DNA from: Oscillospiraceae bacterium
GTDB taxonomy: Bacteria; Bacillota; Clostridia; Oscillospirales; Oscillospiraceae
DNA: 64,000 nucleotides
Assembly (NCBI GenBank): GCA_902789745.1
Contig: CADAPH010000004.1
Span: 314 to 64,313, forward strand
Direction of reading: 5' to 3'
The position numbers and the translations under genes are program-made. A model generated the notes under the pieces. It was given only the letters and a program-made list of their open reading frames with translations, was not told where the DNA came from and ran no database searches. Within the stretch, counting starts at the first letter, position 1. Every line of letters starts with the position of its first letter. This document shows, piece after piece, positions 15,548-23,964 of this stretch.

Positions 15548-16003
15548 TTAGCAGCTCCTTTCATTCAGCCGCTTTTCATAGCGGTATTTCATTTGCGTCG
15601 GATAGAGCGGCTGGGCAGGACGGCGGCTGCCTGTCCACGCCTTGCCGCCCGCAAGTCCGGCGTTCGTCCAGCCTGCGGCGCGTAGGCTTGCGCCGCTTTC
15701 GGTGTCTAAGGTATAGGTGACAATTTTGTGGTAGCCCATCGCCCGCGCAGCCCGTGCCGCTGCCGCATAGAGGATGCTGCAAGCGTTCTTCGTGCCATCG
15801 CTGCACAAGCGGTTGACTTCCAACGTAAAGCCGTCGTCCAAATAGCGGCTCACAGGCCGTCCCACAATGGCAACGGCACAAAGCCGCCCATTTTCAGCAC
15901 AGCCAATGGAAAACTTGTGTCCAGCAACGGGCTTGTGATGGCGGTGATGCTGCCGCACAAACTCGTTCGCCTGCGCAAGAGAAACGGGAATCAGCGTCAG
16001 CAT
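15548..16003 (-). CDS. XF1762-family (GNAT-fold-like) protein
   Basis: ATG at 16003 follows GGAGGA; the track start at 16102 overlaps the upstream gene. 'ANEFVRQHHRHHKPVAGHKFSIG..VGRPVSRYLDDGFTLEVNRLC'. Confidence 0.65.
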   Translation of the reverse strand: MLTLIPVSLAQANEFVRQHHRHHKPVAGHKFSIGCAENGRLCAVAIVGRPVSRYLDDGFTLEVNRLCSDGTKNACSILYAAAARAARAMGYHKIVTYTLDTESGASLRAAGWTNAGLAGGKAWTGSRRPAQPLYPTQMKYRYEKRLNERSC

Positions 16004-16014
16004 AGCCGTCCTCC

Positions 16015-18189
16015 TTAGTTGTACGGCGGTCTGGCGTAGGCGTAGAAATGTGCCTGCCAATAGCTGCTGTTCAGGTTGGAATAGGAAATCGGATCTCCGC
16101 AATGGATCATCATGGAATTGCCGACGTAGATTCCCACATGGCTAACGCCCGGAGTATCGTATGTCCCGACGAAAAACACGAGGTCGCCCGGCTGCGGGTT
16201 GGAAACAGGGGTGGAAATATTGTAAAGCCCCTGTGCGCCCAGTCTGCCCGTATTGCACACGCCGCTGTTTGTCAGCACCCAGCTCACGAAGCCGGAGCAG
16301 TCAAAGGAGGTGGACGGGCTGCTGCCGCCCCACACATAGGGGTACCCTAAATATTTTTCGGCTTCTGTGATAACGGCGGCAAAGGTTTCGTCCTCCATTG
16401 CAGAGGGCGGGATCTCATATCCCTCTGGGCGGTTTGTGATGTACTTGGGGATATACTCGCTATCCCCGAACAGCTCCGGCTTGTTGCCCAACACCGACAT
16501 ATACAGCGCATATTTGGACAGCGTTTCTTCGTCCATGATATAAACGGGGATATGCGAGAGATTGAAGTTTTCCAGCTCGACGGCGCAGATGTAGTAGTTA
16601 TACGGAACTTCTACCTCGTACTTGTTGCCCGCGCTGTCTGTCCGGGTAACGGTGCGGTAGCGCACCTCGGTCACGACGGTTTCTGTGAGAATATATTGCT
16701 TTTCAAAGAGCATTTGCAGCGTCCCCTGCACCTCGCTTGCCGTCCATGCGCCGTCATGCAGCGCGGAGAGGATCGATGCCAGGACATAAGGATCGTGTTT
16801 GATCTCGTCAAGGTCATAGTGGTATTCGTCGTAATCATGGGTGCGTTCATAGGTGTCGAGATATTCTTGCAGCTCGGCTTCCAGCGCACAGTAGGCGGCT
16901 TCGGCGGCAAGAATGTCCGCGTCCTCCGACTGATAGCTGGATGCCGCCACACCGCCGCCAGCCGCGCCCACCAGCGCAGAGCAGGATTGCAGCCCGCCGA
17001 TCAGCATGACAATCAGCAGGAAACCAGCCAGAACGACCAGCACACCTTTCCAATGGCGGGCAACGAACTCCGCTGCTTCCTTTGCCTTTTCTGCCGCTTT
17101 TTTCGCTGCCGTCGCCGTGGCTTCTACGGTTTTTTCGGCGCTTTTGGCGGTTGCCTGCGCGGTGCTGCCCGCAGCCTTTGCCGTTCTTGCAGCCTTGGCA
17201 TACTCACGCTTTAGACGCTGCTTCTGGAAAAAGCGATTAAGCGGATTGCCGGAGAGCATTTCAGGGTTATCATGCAGCGCCTTTTGGTAGAGATATTCTG
17301 CATTGGCATTTAAGGCTTTGCGCTCGGCCTTTTCCGCAGCGCGGTAGGGTTTCAGCTTGCGGTGACGGCGCTCCCAGCGAATTGCACCGCCTGCGCCATG
17401 CTCGGCAAATTCCTCTGCCTTATGCCCGCTTTCCACACCGACGTTTTCATGCTCGACCTCATGGATTTTTCCGTGCGCCTGTACTGCGACCTCCCGCAGC
17501 GGACGGCCTAACGGATTCGGTTTCAGCTTGGGCGGGGACTTATCCACGGTATCAAAGCGCAGTTTGATCTTGGCTGTGCCGCTGACTTCATCAAAAACGC
17601 GCTCCTTGCGCAGCACCCGTTTCTTGGGGATCGCTGTCTGCGCCGCATCCAGCTTGTCGGCGGCCTTTTCCGCACGGTGGATATGCTTGTGCAGCTCCGG
17701 CGCGGCGCGTTCTTCCTCGGAAAACTGCAAATGGGATGCAGAATACCGCTGCTGCGCCGCGTCGCGGGACATCTGCGCTACCTGCCGCGCCTTGTGCGCG
17801 TTATGCTCTGCGGCTGCACGGTCAATGAGCTTTTCCACTGTACCACCCGGCGCGGCGGACGTTGGAATATCCTGCGGGATATGGGAAATGGGGCTGCCAC
17901 TCTGCGGCTGAAACGGCTCGGCGCTAGGCTGCTGCGGTTTTGGCTGCTCCTTTTCCGGCTCTTTTTGCTCCTGTGGGCGGAGCTGCCGCCCGTGCTTGGG
18001 GGCGGCCTCTGCCGAATTCATAGGTGCGTCGCGTTTTCCCATCTGGACAGGCTGCCCATCCGGGGAAAGCTGCTTTTCCGCGTCACGCTCGGAAATATGG
18101 ATTTCTTCACCCGTGGTCTGATTGTCCAGCACCGCGCCGTCGCGGGTCATGCGCTGGGTGAGCTTATCGCGGGGCTTAAATTCTTTCAA
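16015..18189 (-). CDS. Conjugation-associated cell-wall hydrolase (NlpC/P60 C40 peptidase C-terminus, TM segment, long linker)
   Basis: 724 aa. C-terminal 'YPYVWGGSSPSTSFDCSGFVSWV...GVSHVGIYVG', the NlpC/P60 Cys/His motif. Confidence 0.9.
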   Translation of the reverse strand: MKEFKPRDKLTQRMTRDGAVLDNQTTGEEIHISERDAEKQLSPDGQPVQMGKRDAPMNSAEAAPKHGRQLRPQEQKEPEKEQPKPQQPSAEPFQPQSGSPISHIPQDIPTSAAPGGTVEKLIDRAAAEHNAHKARQVAQMSRDAAQQRYSASHLQFSEEERAAPELHKHIHRAEKAADKLDAAQTAIPKKRVLRKERVFDEVSGTAKIKLRFDTVDKSPPKLKPNPLGRPLREVAVQAHGKIHEVEHENVGVESGHKAEEFAEHGAGGAIRWERRHRKLKPYRAAEKAERKALNANAEYLYQKALHDNPEMLSGNPLNRFFQKQRLKREYAKAARTAKAAGSTAQATAKSAEKTVEATATAAKKAAEKAKEAAEFVARHWKGVLVVLAGFLLIVMLIGGLQSCSALVGAAGGGVAASSYQSEDADILAAEAAYCALEAELQEYLDTYERTHDYDEYHYDLDEIKHDPYVLASILSALHDGAWTASEVQGTLQMLFEKQYILTETVVTEVRYRTVTRTDSAGNKYEVEVPYNYYICAVELENFNLSHIPVYIMDEETLSKYALYMSVLGNKPELFGDSEYIPKYITNRPEGYEIPPSAMEDETFAAVITEAEKYLGYPYVWGGSSPSTSFDCSGFVSWVLTNSGVCNTGRLGAQGLYNISTPVSNPQPGDLVFFVGTYDTPGVSHVGIYVGNSMMIHCGDPISYSNLNSSYWQAHFYAYARPPYN

Positions 18190-19139
18190 TGGGTATCACC
18201 TCCGATCCGTTCCCGTGCAAGGGAACAAAACTCCGTGTTCAGTTCAATGCCGATGTAATGCCTGCCGTGCCGCTTCGCCGCAAGCCCCGTTGTGCCGCTG
18301 CCCATGAACGGATCAAGGACAATGCCACCCTTGGGACAGCCCGCCAGAATACAGGTTTCTGCCAGCAGGGGCGGATAGGCGGCAAAATGCCCGCCCTTGT
18401 AAGGCACGGTGTTGATAAACCACACATCGCGCTTTGCCCGGACGGGTGAGATCATGTCGTCGGTGATGCTGCCTTTTTCCCTCGGCTTATTGATATTCTG
18501 TGTCTGCGGCTGTCCCGGCACGGGTGCGGAATACTTGCCCACGCCGCGCCCAGCCTTTTTGCGCAGGGCGGTCGTGGGGGCAATGGGTTCAGCAATGGCA
18601 AGCCAGTCATAGAAATAACGTCTGCTCTTGGTGAACATGAAAATATGCTCATGGCTGCGGGTGCAGCGGTCTTTGGTACTTTCCGGCATAGGATTTCCCT
18701 TTGCCCAGATTATGTCGTTGCGCAGATACCAGCCGTCGGCGCGGAGCGCAAAGGCCAGCATCCACGGAATCCCGATCATGTCCTTTTGCTTGCAGCCCCG
18801 CACCGCTTGGCAGAGGGAAATGCTCTGCCCGTTGCGTCCCTGCGGATATTTGGGGTCGCGGGTATCGCCCTTGCTGCCTGTGCCGCAATAGCTGTCTGCG
18901 ATATTTACCCACAAAGTTCCATCCGGGCGCAGCACCCGGCGCACCTCGCGGAATACCGCTGTCAGCCGCGAAATGTATTCCTCCGGCGTAGCTTCCTGCC
19001 CGATCTGTGCGTCCATGCCGTAATCCCGCAGCCCGTAGTAGGGCGGCGAGGTCACGCAGCAATGAACGCTGCTTTCCGGCAGGGCTTTCAGCATATTCAG
19101 ACTGTCGCCGCAGAGGATGGTATCAAGCTCCATCGTCAT
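18186..19139 (-). CDS. Orphan DNA methyltransferase (N6_N4 MTase family, beta-class motif order)
   Basis: 317 aa. Motif IV 'CCVTSPPYYGL' is N-terminal and motif I 'VLDPFMGSGTT' is C-terminal. No restriction endonuclease nearby. Confidence 0.85.
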   Translation of the reverse strand: MTMELDTILCGDSLNMLKALPESSVHCCVTSPPYYGLRDYGMDAQIGQEATPEEYISRLTAVFREVRRVLRPDGTLWVNIADSYCGTGSKGDTRDPKYPQGRNGQSISLCQAVRGCKQKDMIGIPWMLAFALRADGWYLRNDIIWAKGNPMPESTKDRCTRSHEHIFMFTKSRRYFYDWLAIAEPIAPTTALRKKAGRGVGKYSAPVPGQPQTQNINKPREKGSITDDMISPVRAKRDVWFINTVPYKGGHFAAYPPLLAETCILAGCPKGGIVLDPFMGSGTTGLAAKRHGRHYIGIELNTEFCSLARERIGGDTH

Positions 19140-21547
19140 ACGCCGTTCACCTCGCTCGGCTTGGTGGACATGATGCGGTAAAGCTCGGTGTCCCGTGGGA
19201 ACTTATCTGCAAAGGGCAGGATCACATTTTCAAAGAACAGCAGTCCTTCGCCGGGGGGAGAGTTGGTAACGAACTTTAGCTGCTCCGGCGAGATATTCAG
19301 ACGTTCGGCAAGAATTTTGCGGTCGCCCGCCGCTTGGTTGAGCATACAGATGAAGTCTGAATTTTCCAGAATATTTTCGATTTCCGGGCTGGACAGCAGA
19401 TCCTTGACGTTCTGCGTCGCACCTGTCGGCACACCGCCCCATTTTCTGAAACGCTTCCAGATCTCCGCGCTGTATGCTGCGGTTTGCGGCTCTTTCAGTA
19501 ACAAGTGAAATTCGTCTGCGTAATACCACGTCGATACGCCTGTGTTGCGGTTGCGGGTGACACGATTCCAAACCTGATCCTGAATCACCAACATCCCCGG
19601 CTTTTTCAGGTTCTTCGGCAGTTCCTTGATGTCAAAACAGACAAAGCGGTTGTCAATGTCAACCGTCGTTTGGTTGTTGAAGAAATTGAGCGATCCCGAC
19701 ACATACAGGTCAAGTGCCTGCGCCACACGGTCGGCTTCCGGCAAATGCTGCGCCGTCAGCGCGGCGTGGAGGTCGGAGAGGATCGGCATATTCTCTGGGC
19801 GCGGGTCTGCAAAGTAGGGCTGATAGATACGCTGCACAGCGCGGTCAATTACGGTGCGTTCGATGGCTTCCAGCCCGGTCTTGCCGCCCATAATCAGCTC
19901 ACAGAGGGACAGCACAAAATCGGATTTGAGCGCCAGCGGGTTTTCGTCCTCGGAATAGTTCAGGTTGATGTCCAGCGGATTCAGGTAATCGCGGCTGGTG
20001 GGAGAGAGCTTGATAATCTGCCCATGCAGCAGCTTTACCAGCGGCGCATACTCGCCCTCCGGGTCACATACCAGCACATGATCGTGGGTTTTCAGCAGCA
20101 CACCGATCATTTCCCGCTTGCAGGAGAATGACTTGCCGCCGCCCGGTGTGCCGAATACAAGGCCGTTGGGCGAACGTGCATTTTTGCGGTCAAGCATAAT
20201 CATGTTGCCGGACTTGGCGTTTAGCCCGTAGTAGAGGGAATCGCCGCCTTGAAATAGCTCCTGCGTCACAAAGGGAACGATGATTGCCACGGCCGAGGTC
20301 GTCATGCCCCGCGTGATATGGATTTGATTTTCCCCCAGCGGCAGCGAGGACACAAGACCGCGCTCCTGCTGGAAGTCCAGCCGCGTCAGGGTGCAGTTAT
20401 GCTTTTGCGCTACGCCTGCTGTACGGAATACCTCGTTTTCCAGCTTGTGCTTGGTGTCGCCGTAATTCAGGACAAGAAACGTCAGCAGAAAATACCGCTC
20501 GTTGCGGCTTTGGAGATCTTGCAGCAGCTTTTTCGCCGCACCGCCGTAGGTAGCAAGGTCGGACGGCAGAATATCCATATCGTAGCCGTCCCGGACAGCC
20601 TTTTTCTGCTCCTGAATCTTCATTGCATCGAGGTCGGTGATTTTGCGCTTCACCATTTTTACGGCTTCTGTCTGCTCCAATGCCTGAATATGGACATTGA
20701 CGACAAGGCTACTGTCCGTATCGAGAAAATCGGTCAGTATGCGGTCGGTCAGCTCCGGCGTAATGATCTGCAAAAAACTTGCAGCGCAGAGCTTGCCGCC
20801 CATCTGGAACATACGGCTATTCTTGAACGCAAAGGAGGATGGCGCGATAAAGTCCTTGGTGGAAAGCCCGCCAGCGGCAAGCCACTTCCAGTCAAAGTTG
20901 AAGCGTTCTCCATCCGGGTGCATGATGCCGTGCAGCACCTCCAAGCGCTCCTTGCCGTCCAGCACACGGGACACCGCACCCATGATTTTGAAGTAGCCCT
21001 GAATATCCAGCGAGATACGCGACAGCCTTGCCCGTGCCGCCTTGAGGTTATCGGCTTCAATGGTATAGGTAATGTATTTGGTTTTCACGCTGCCGTTGTT
21101 GCCGCGGGCAAGCTGCCGCTTGAGAATGTCCGTCTGCTCCTGCCGGATCGGGTCTAAACCGTCATTGCAGGGCGGCATTTCAAAGCTCCGAGCAAGCTGC
21201 TCCCGATCGGACTTGCGGTTGGGATAGGTGAACTGCACATGGATGGAAGAATCCAAATAGTTATACAGATCGCAGAGATATTCAAAAATAGCCGTCTGAT
21301 CGTCAGGCTGCGCGAGCAAATAGTTGATGTCAAAAAACTCAATGCTCTGTGAATAGCGCCTGTTTCCGAGATAGCAGATGCCGTCCGGGTACATGATCTG
21401 ATAGGGTATCGTGTCCTGCGCGGTATGGGGCTTGCCGTCACCGCGATATTTACGAATGACGGCTTCAATCTGTTTTCTTTCGGCGCGGGTGAGCTTGGGC
21501 TTGTCCGCCATGCTTTTTGCTTCCGCGCTGTCTGCTCTTTTCGACAA
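19136..21547 (-). CDS. VirB4-like conjugal transfer ATPase
   Basis: 803 aa. Walker A 'FGTPGGGKSFS'. Size and position (after PrgI-like) are typical. Start could be the internal Met 13 (21511). Confidence 0.9.
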   Translation of the reverse strand: MSKRADSAEAKSMADKPKLTRAERKQIEAVIRKYRGDGKPHTAQDTIPYQIMYPDGICYLGNRRYSQSIEFFDINYLLAQPDDQTAIFEYLCDLYNYLDSSIHVQFTYPNRKSDREQLARSFEMPPCNDGLDPIRQEQTDILKRQLARGNNGSVKTKYITYTIEADNLKAARARLSRISLDIQGYFKIMGAVSRVLDGKERLEVLHGIMHPDGERFNFDWKWLAAGGLSTKDFIAPSSFAFKNSRMFQMGGKLCAASFLQIITPELTDRILTDFLDTDSSLVVNVHIQALEQTEAVKMVKRKITDLDAMKIQEQKKAVRDGYDMDILPSDLATYGGAAKKLLQDLQSRNERYFLLTFLVLNYGDTKHKLENEVFRTAGVAQKHNCTLTRLDFQQERGLVSSLPLGENQIHITRGMTTSAVAIIVPFVTQELFQGGDSLYYGLNAKSGNMIMLDRKNARSPNGLVFGTPGGGKSFSCKREMIGVLLKTHDHVLVCDPEGEYAPLVKLLHGQIIKLSPTSRDYLNPLDINLNYSEDENPLALKSDFVLSLCELIMGGKTGLEAIERTVIDRAVQRIYQPYFADPRPENMPILSDLHAALTAQHLPEADRVAQALDLYVSGSLNFFNNQTTVDIDNRFVCFDIKELPKNLKKPGMLVIQDQVWNRVTRNRNTGVSTWYYADEFHLLLKEPQTAAYSAEIWKRFRKWGGVPTGATQNVKDLLSSPEIENILENSDFICMLNQAAGDRKILAERLNISPEQLKFVTNSPPGEGLLFFENVILPFADKFPRDTELYRIMSTKPSEVNGV

Positions 21548-21899
21548 TCGCCTTTACCTCCTGTTCCATTTGATATTGACACACAAGGGCGTCGTATGCG
21601 TTGACGGTCTGATAGGGGCGCTCCTTGGGGCGCAGAAAGCAGCTTTCTATGATTTGCCGCCCCACCACTTCAAGGGGCTGCCCGTTCTTCTCATACACCC
21701 CAAACAGAAAACCGGGGAGCATGACAACGATCATCACCATTGCCGCAGCCGTCGTCCCGATGCCGCCTTTGAGCAAAAAGAAAAGCGGCACTCCCATGAG
21801 CGCCGCCAGCCCAAAACAAATAAGTTGCCGCTTTGTCAAATTGAAAAGCACCTTGGATTTGATTTTCGTCAAATCCTTTGGCACGTTCACATAGGCCAT
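21465..21899 (-). CDS. PrgI/TcpE-like small membrane conjugation protein
   Basis: 144 aa. 'FNLTKRQLICFGLAALMGVPLFFLL' plus a second TM. Overlaps the VirB4 start. Confidence 0.7.
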   Translation of the reverse strand: MAYVNVPKDLTKIKSKVLFNLTKRQLICFGLAALMGVPLFFLLKGGIGTTAAAMVMIVVMLPGFLFGVYEKNGQPLEVVGRQIIESCFLRPKERPYQTVNAYDALVCQYQMEQEVKAIVEKSRQRGSKKHGGQAQAHPRRKKTD

Positions 21900-21902
21900 G
21901 CG

Positions 21903-22466
21903 CTAACTCCTTTCCGCAAGTGTAATATCGCTTGCAATTTCATTGCCCCATGCGTCCCAGCCCGGCGTTTTCTGCCGGGCGAACAGCTCCACGCGGGGCA
22001 GATTGCCCATGAGCGCAAGAATTTTGTTCCGCGCTTCATCCGGCTTTTTACTGTGCTGCTCAATGGGACTGATGATAAACTGATGTACGCCTGCCGACTG
22101 CCGCTTGGGTTTGCCCTTGGTCGCCAGCAGACAGATTTCCGCATTGCTGCGCGTCCAGTAGCCCATGCCATAAAACCACGACGGGCTTTTCCGGTTGCGT
22201 TTGAGCCAGACGAACGCCACGGTTTTATACCGAAAGCCCCATGCGCGAATCAGATGCAGAGCTTCGGATAGCTGCGGAAAGGTCGCCCAGAGAAACAGGG
22301 CGCAGTCCTTCGCCGCCAACTCCGGCACGGGCAGGGCGCACAGCTCGTCAATGCTCATGGTGGAATAGTGATTTTCTGCCGCGCCCTGCACCTTCCTCTG
22401 CTCATAGCGCCACGGTGGGTCTGCGTAAATGATGTTGTACGTTCCGATAGGCAAGCCCTCCGTCAA
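21903..22466 (-). CDS. MT-A70-family N6-adenine DNA methyltransferase (orphan)
   Basis: 'YNIIYADPPWRYE' DPPW motif. The ORF upstream of 22466 overlaps the VirB6-like gene, so I place the start at TTG 22466 (TTGA overlap). Start is uncertain. Confidence 0.75.
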   Translation of the reverse strand: MTEGLPIGTYNIIYADPPWRYEQRKVQGAAENHYSTMSIDELCALPVPELAAKDCALFLWATFPQLSEALHLIRAWGFRYKTVAFVWLKRNRKSPSWFYGMGYWTRSNAEICLLATKGKPKRQSAGVHQFIISPIEQHSKKPDEARNKILALMGNLPRVELFARQKTPGWDAWGNEIASDITLAERS

Positions 22467-23326
22467 TGGGCGCTGAACACGGCCTTTGCCATACTGCCCG
22501 TTTTGAACAGACAGAAACACAGCAGCACCGTATAGCCCATTGCCAGCCAAATTGCGCCGGACACGTCGCCCGTCGCGGAAATGCTCTGGATCAAGACCGA
22601 GTAGATGCCCACGACCACCATAATCAAGAACGCCTGAAAGCCCAGCGCCAGCAGAGATTTCAGATAGTTTTGCCCGACATTGCGCCATTCTCCGTTTGTC
22701 ATGGTAGCAAGCGGGATGGGTCCCAACGAGGTCACAAGATATATTTCAATCATTCTCCCGTAGACCACCAGCATAATGCAGATGGAAAGAATGTTCATCG
22801 TCAGCCCGACAAACAGAGATTGAAACCACAGTCCAATCAGTCCGCCAAGGCTCATAGCTTCCAGCGACGTTTGCAGATCACCCACAATGGAATCTATGTC
22901 AATGCTGGTATTGCCGATTATCACGCCTGCGCTCTGATTGACGACCTGCTGCGCTGCATCAAAAACGCCCATGACGATATTCCAAGTGTTCGTGACAATC
23001 AGAACAGCCGCGTAAGTTTTGAACACCCATTTGAAGAACATAAAGGTGTCAATATCGTGCAGATTATTTTTCTCTGTCACCATCTGGATCAGCTCGTAGG
23101 TCATTACAAATGCAAGAATTGCACCCGCAATCGGGATAATGACGGATTCAGACAGGTTGCGGATCATATTGAAAATGCCGGAGTTCCAGCCCTGCGGCGT
23201 CGCTCCAACATCAGCGGCAATTTCACCCACCTTTGTATTCACCGTATCGAACAGCCCCGACAGGTTGCCGATGATTCCGTCGATCAGAACGCCCTTAAAC
23301 CATTCCTCCAGCCAATCAATAATCAA
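22463..23326 (-). CDS. VirB6/TrbL-like polytopic membrane conjugation protein
   Basis: 287 aa with multiple TM helices. Position between Maff2 and the PrgI/VirB4 genes. Confidence 0.75.
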   Translation of the reverse strand: MIIDWLEEWFKGVLIDGIIGNLSGLFDTVNTKVGEIAADVGATPQGWNSGIFNMIRNLSESVIIPIAGAILAFVMTYELIQMVTEKNNLHDIDTFMFFKWVFKTYAAVLIVTNTWNIVMGVFDAAQQVVNQSAGVIIGNTSIDIDSIVGDLQTSLEAMSLGGLIGLWFQSLFVGLTMNILSICIMLVVYGRMIEIYLVTSLGPIPLATMTNGEWRNVGQNYLKSLLALGFQAFLIMVVVGIYSVLIQSISATGDVSGAIWLAMGYTVLLCFCLFKTGSMAKAVFSAH

Positions 23327-23344
23327 AAGGCAGCACCTCCTTTC

Positions 23345-23376
23345 CCGCGCCGCCCCCGGTCAGGGGGGCGGCGCGG
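23345..23376 (-). promoter_or_regulatory. GC-rich intercistronic stem-loop (no U-tract)
   Basis: 13-bp perfect stem ccgcgccgccccc/gggggcggcgcgg between the Maff2 stop (23396) and the VirB6-like RBS. Confidence 0.5.
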
Positions 23377-23395
23377 CGGTGTATTTCAGAATCGG

Positions 23396-23611
23396 TTAGC
23401 TGAACAGGCCGGAGAGCAGCGGGACAAGAACGCCGCCAATCAAGGCAACGCCGCCGCCCGCCATGAGCTGTTTCATGCCCTGGCTTTTGGCACCGGGGTT
23501 GTCCGAGCCATAGCCCTCCAAGAGGTTAATCACACCCCAAATGCCAAGGCCTGCGCCGAGCGCGATCACGAGGGTCTGCAAAACACCAACTGCGCTATTG
23601 AAAAATGCCAT
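23396..23611 (-). CDS. Maff2-family small membrane protein
   Basis: 71 aa. 'LQTLVIALGAGLGIWGVINLLEGYG..NPGAKSQGMKQLMAGGG'. Confidence 0.8.
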   Translation of the reverse strand: MAFFNSAVGVLQTLVIALGAGLGIWGVINLLEGYGSDNPGAKSQGMKQLMAGGGVALIGGVLVPLLSGLFS

Positions 23612-23629
23612 ATTCGTACCTCCATAAAA

Positions 23630-23944
23630 TCATGTTGAATTGTTGTGTGTAGGAAAATCGCAGCCGTTTTCTCCGGCTGCGGCATCGGAAGTATCGCTGT
23701 TCTGTGTGAAGTGCTGCTCTGTCCATTCGTACAGGGCGAGTGCATACAGCCTGTCATGCGACATCATAAGGCGGTAGGCTACCTCTTGCGAAACCGCTTC
23801 AATGTCAATGTCTGTATAGGGAACACCGCGCCTGTCACAATCCTGCATCTGCTCCCAAAGGGCAAGACCGCAGAGGATGTTGCAGCCAATCTTTTCCCAC
23901 TTGCGCATACATTCCATAAATGCCTGATAATTCGAGAGTTCCAT
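23630..23944 (-). CDS. Hypothetical ICE protein
   Basis: 104 aa with plausible composition, in the operon between the T4CP and Maff2. No motif recognised. Confidence 0.5.
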   Translation of the reverse strand: MELSNYQAFMECMRKWEKIGCNILCGLALWEQMQDCDRRGVPYTDIDIEAVSQEVAYRLMMSHDRLYALALYEWTEQHFTQNSDTSDAAAGENGCDFPTHNNST

Positions 23945-23964
23945 AAACAGCTCCTTTTGCCGCG

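Noticed and set aside
21154-21582. 142-aa ORF on the minus strand overlapping the 5' part of the VirB4 gene
   Set aside because: It is an alternative frame of the same strand inside a well-supported gene, with P/S/R/T-rich non-protein-like composition.
22467-22688. N-terminal 74 codons of the MT-A70 track ORF
   Set aside because: This part is fully overlapped by the 3' end of the VirB6-like gene and is G/R-rich. The conserved MT-A70 core starts just after 22466.
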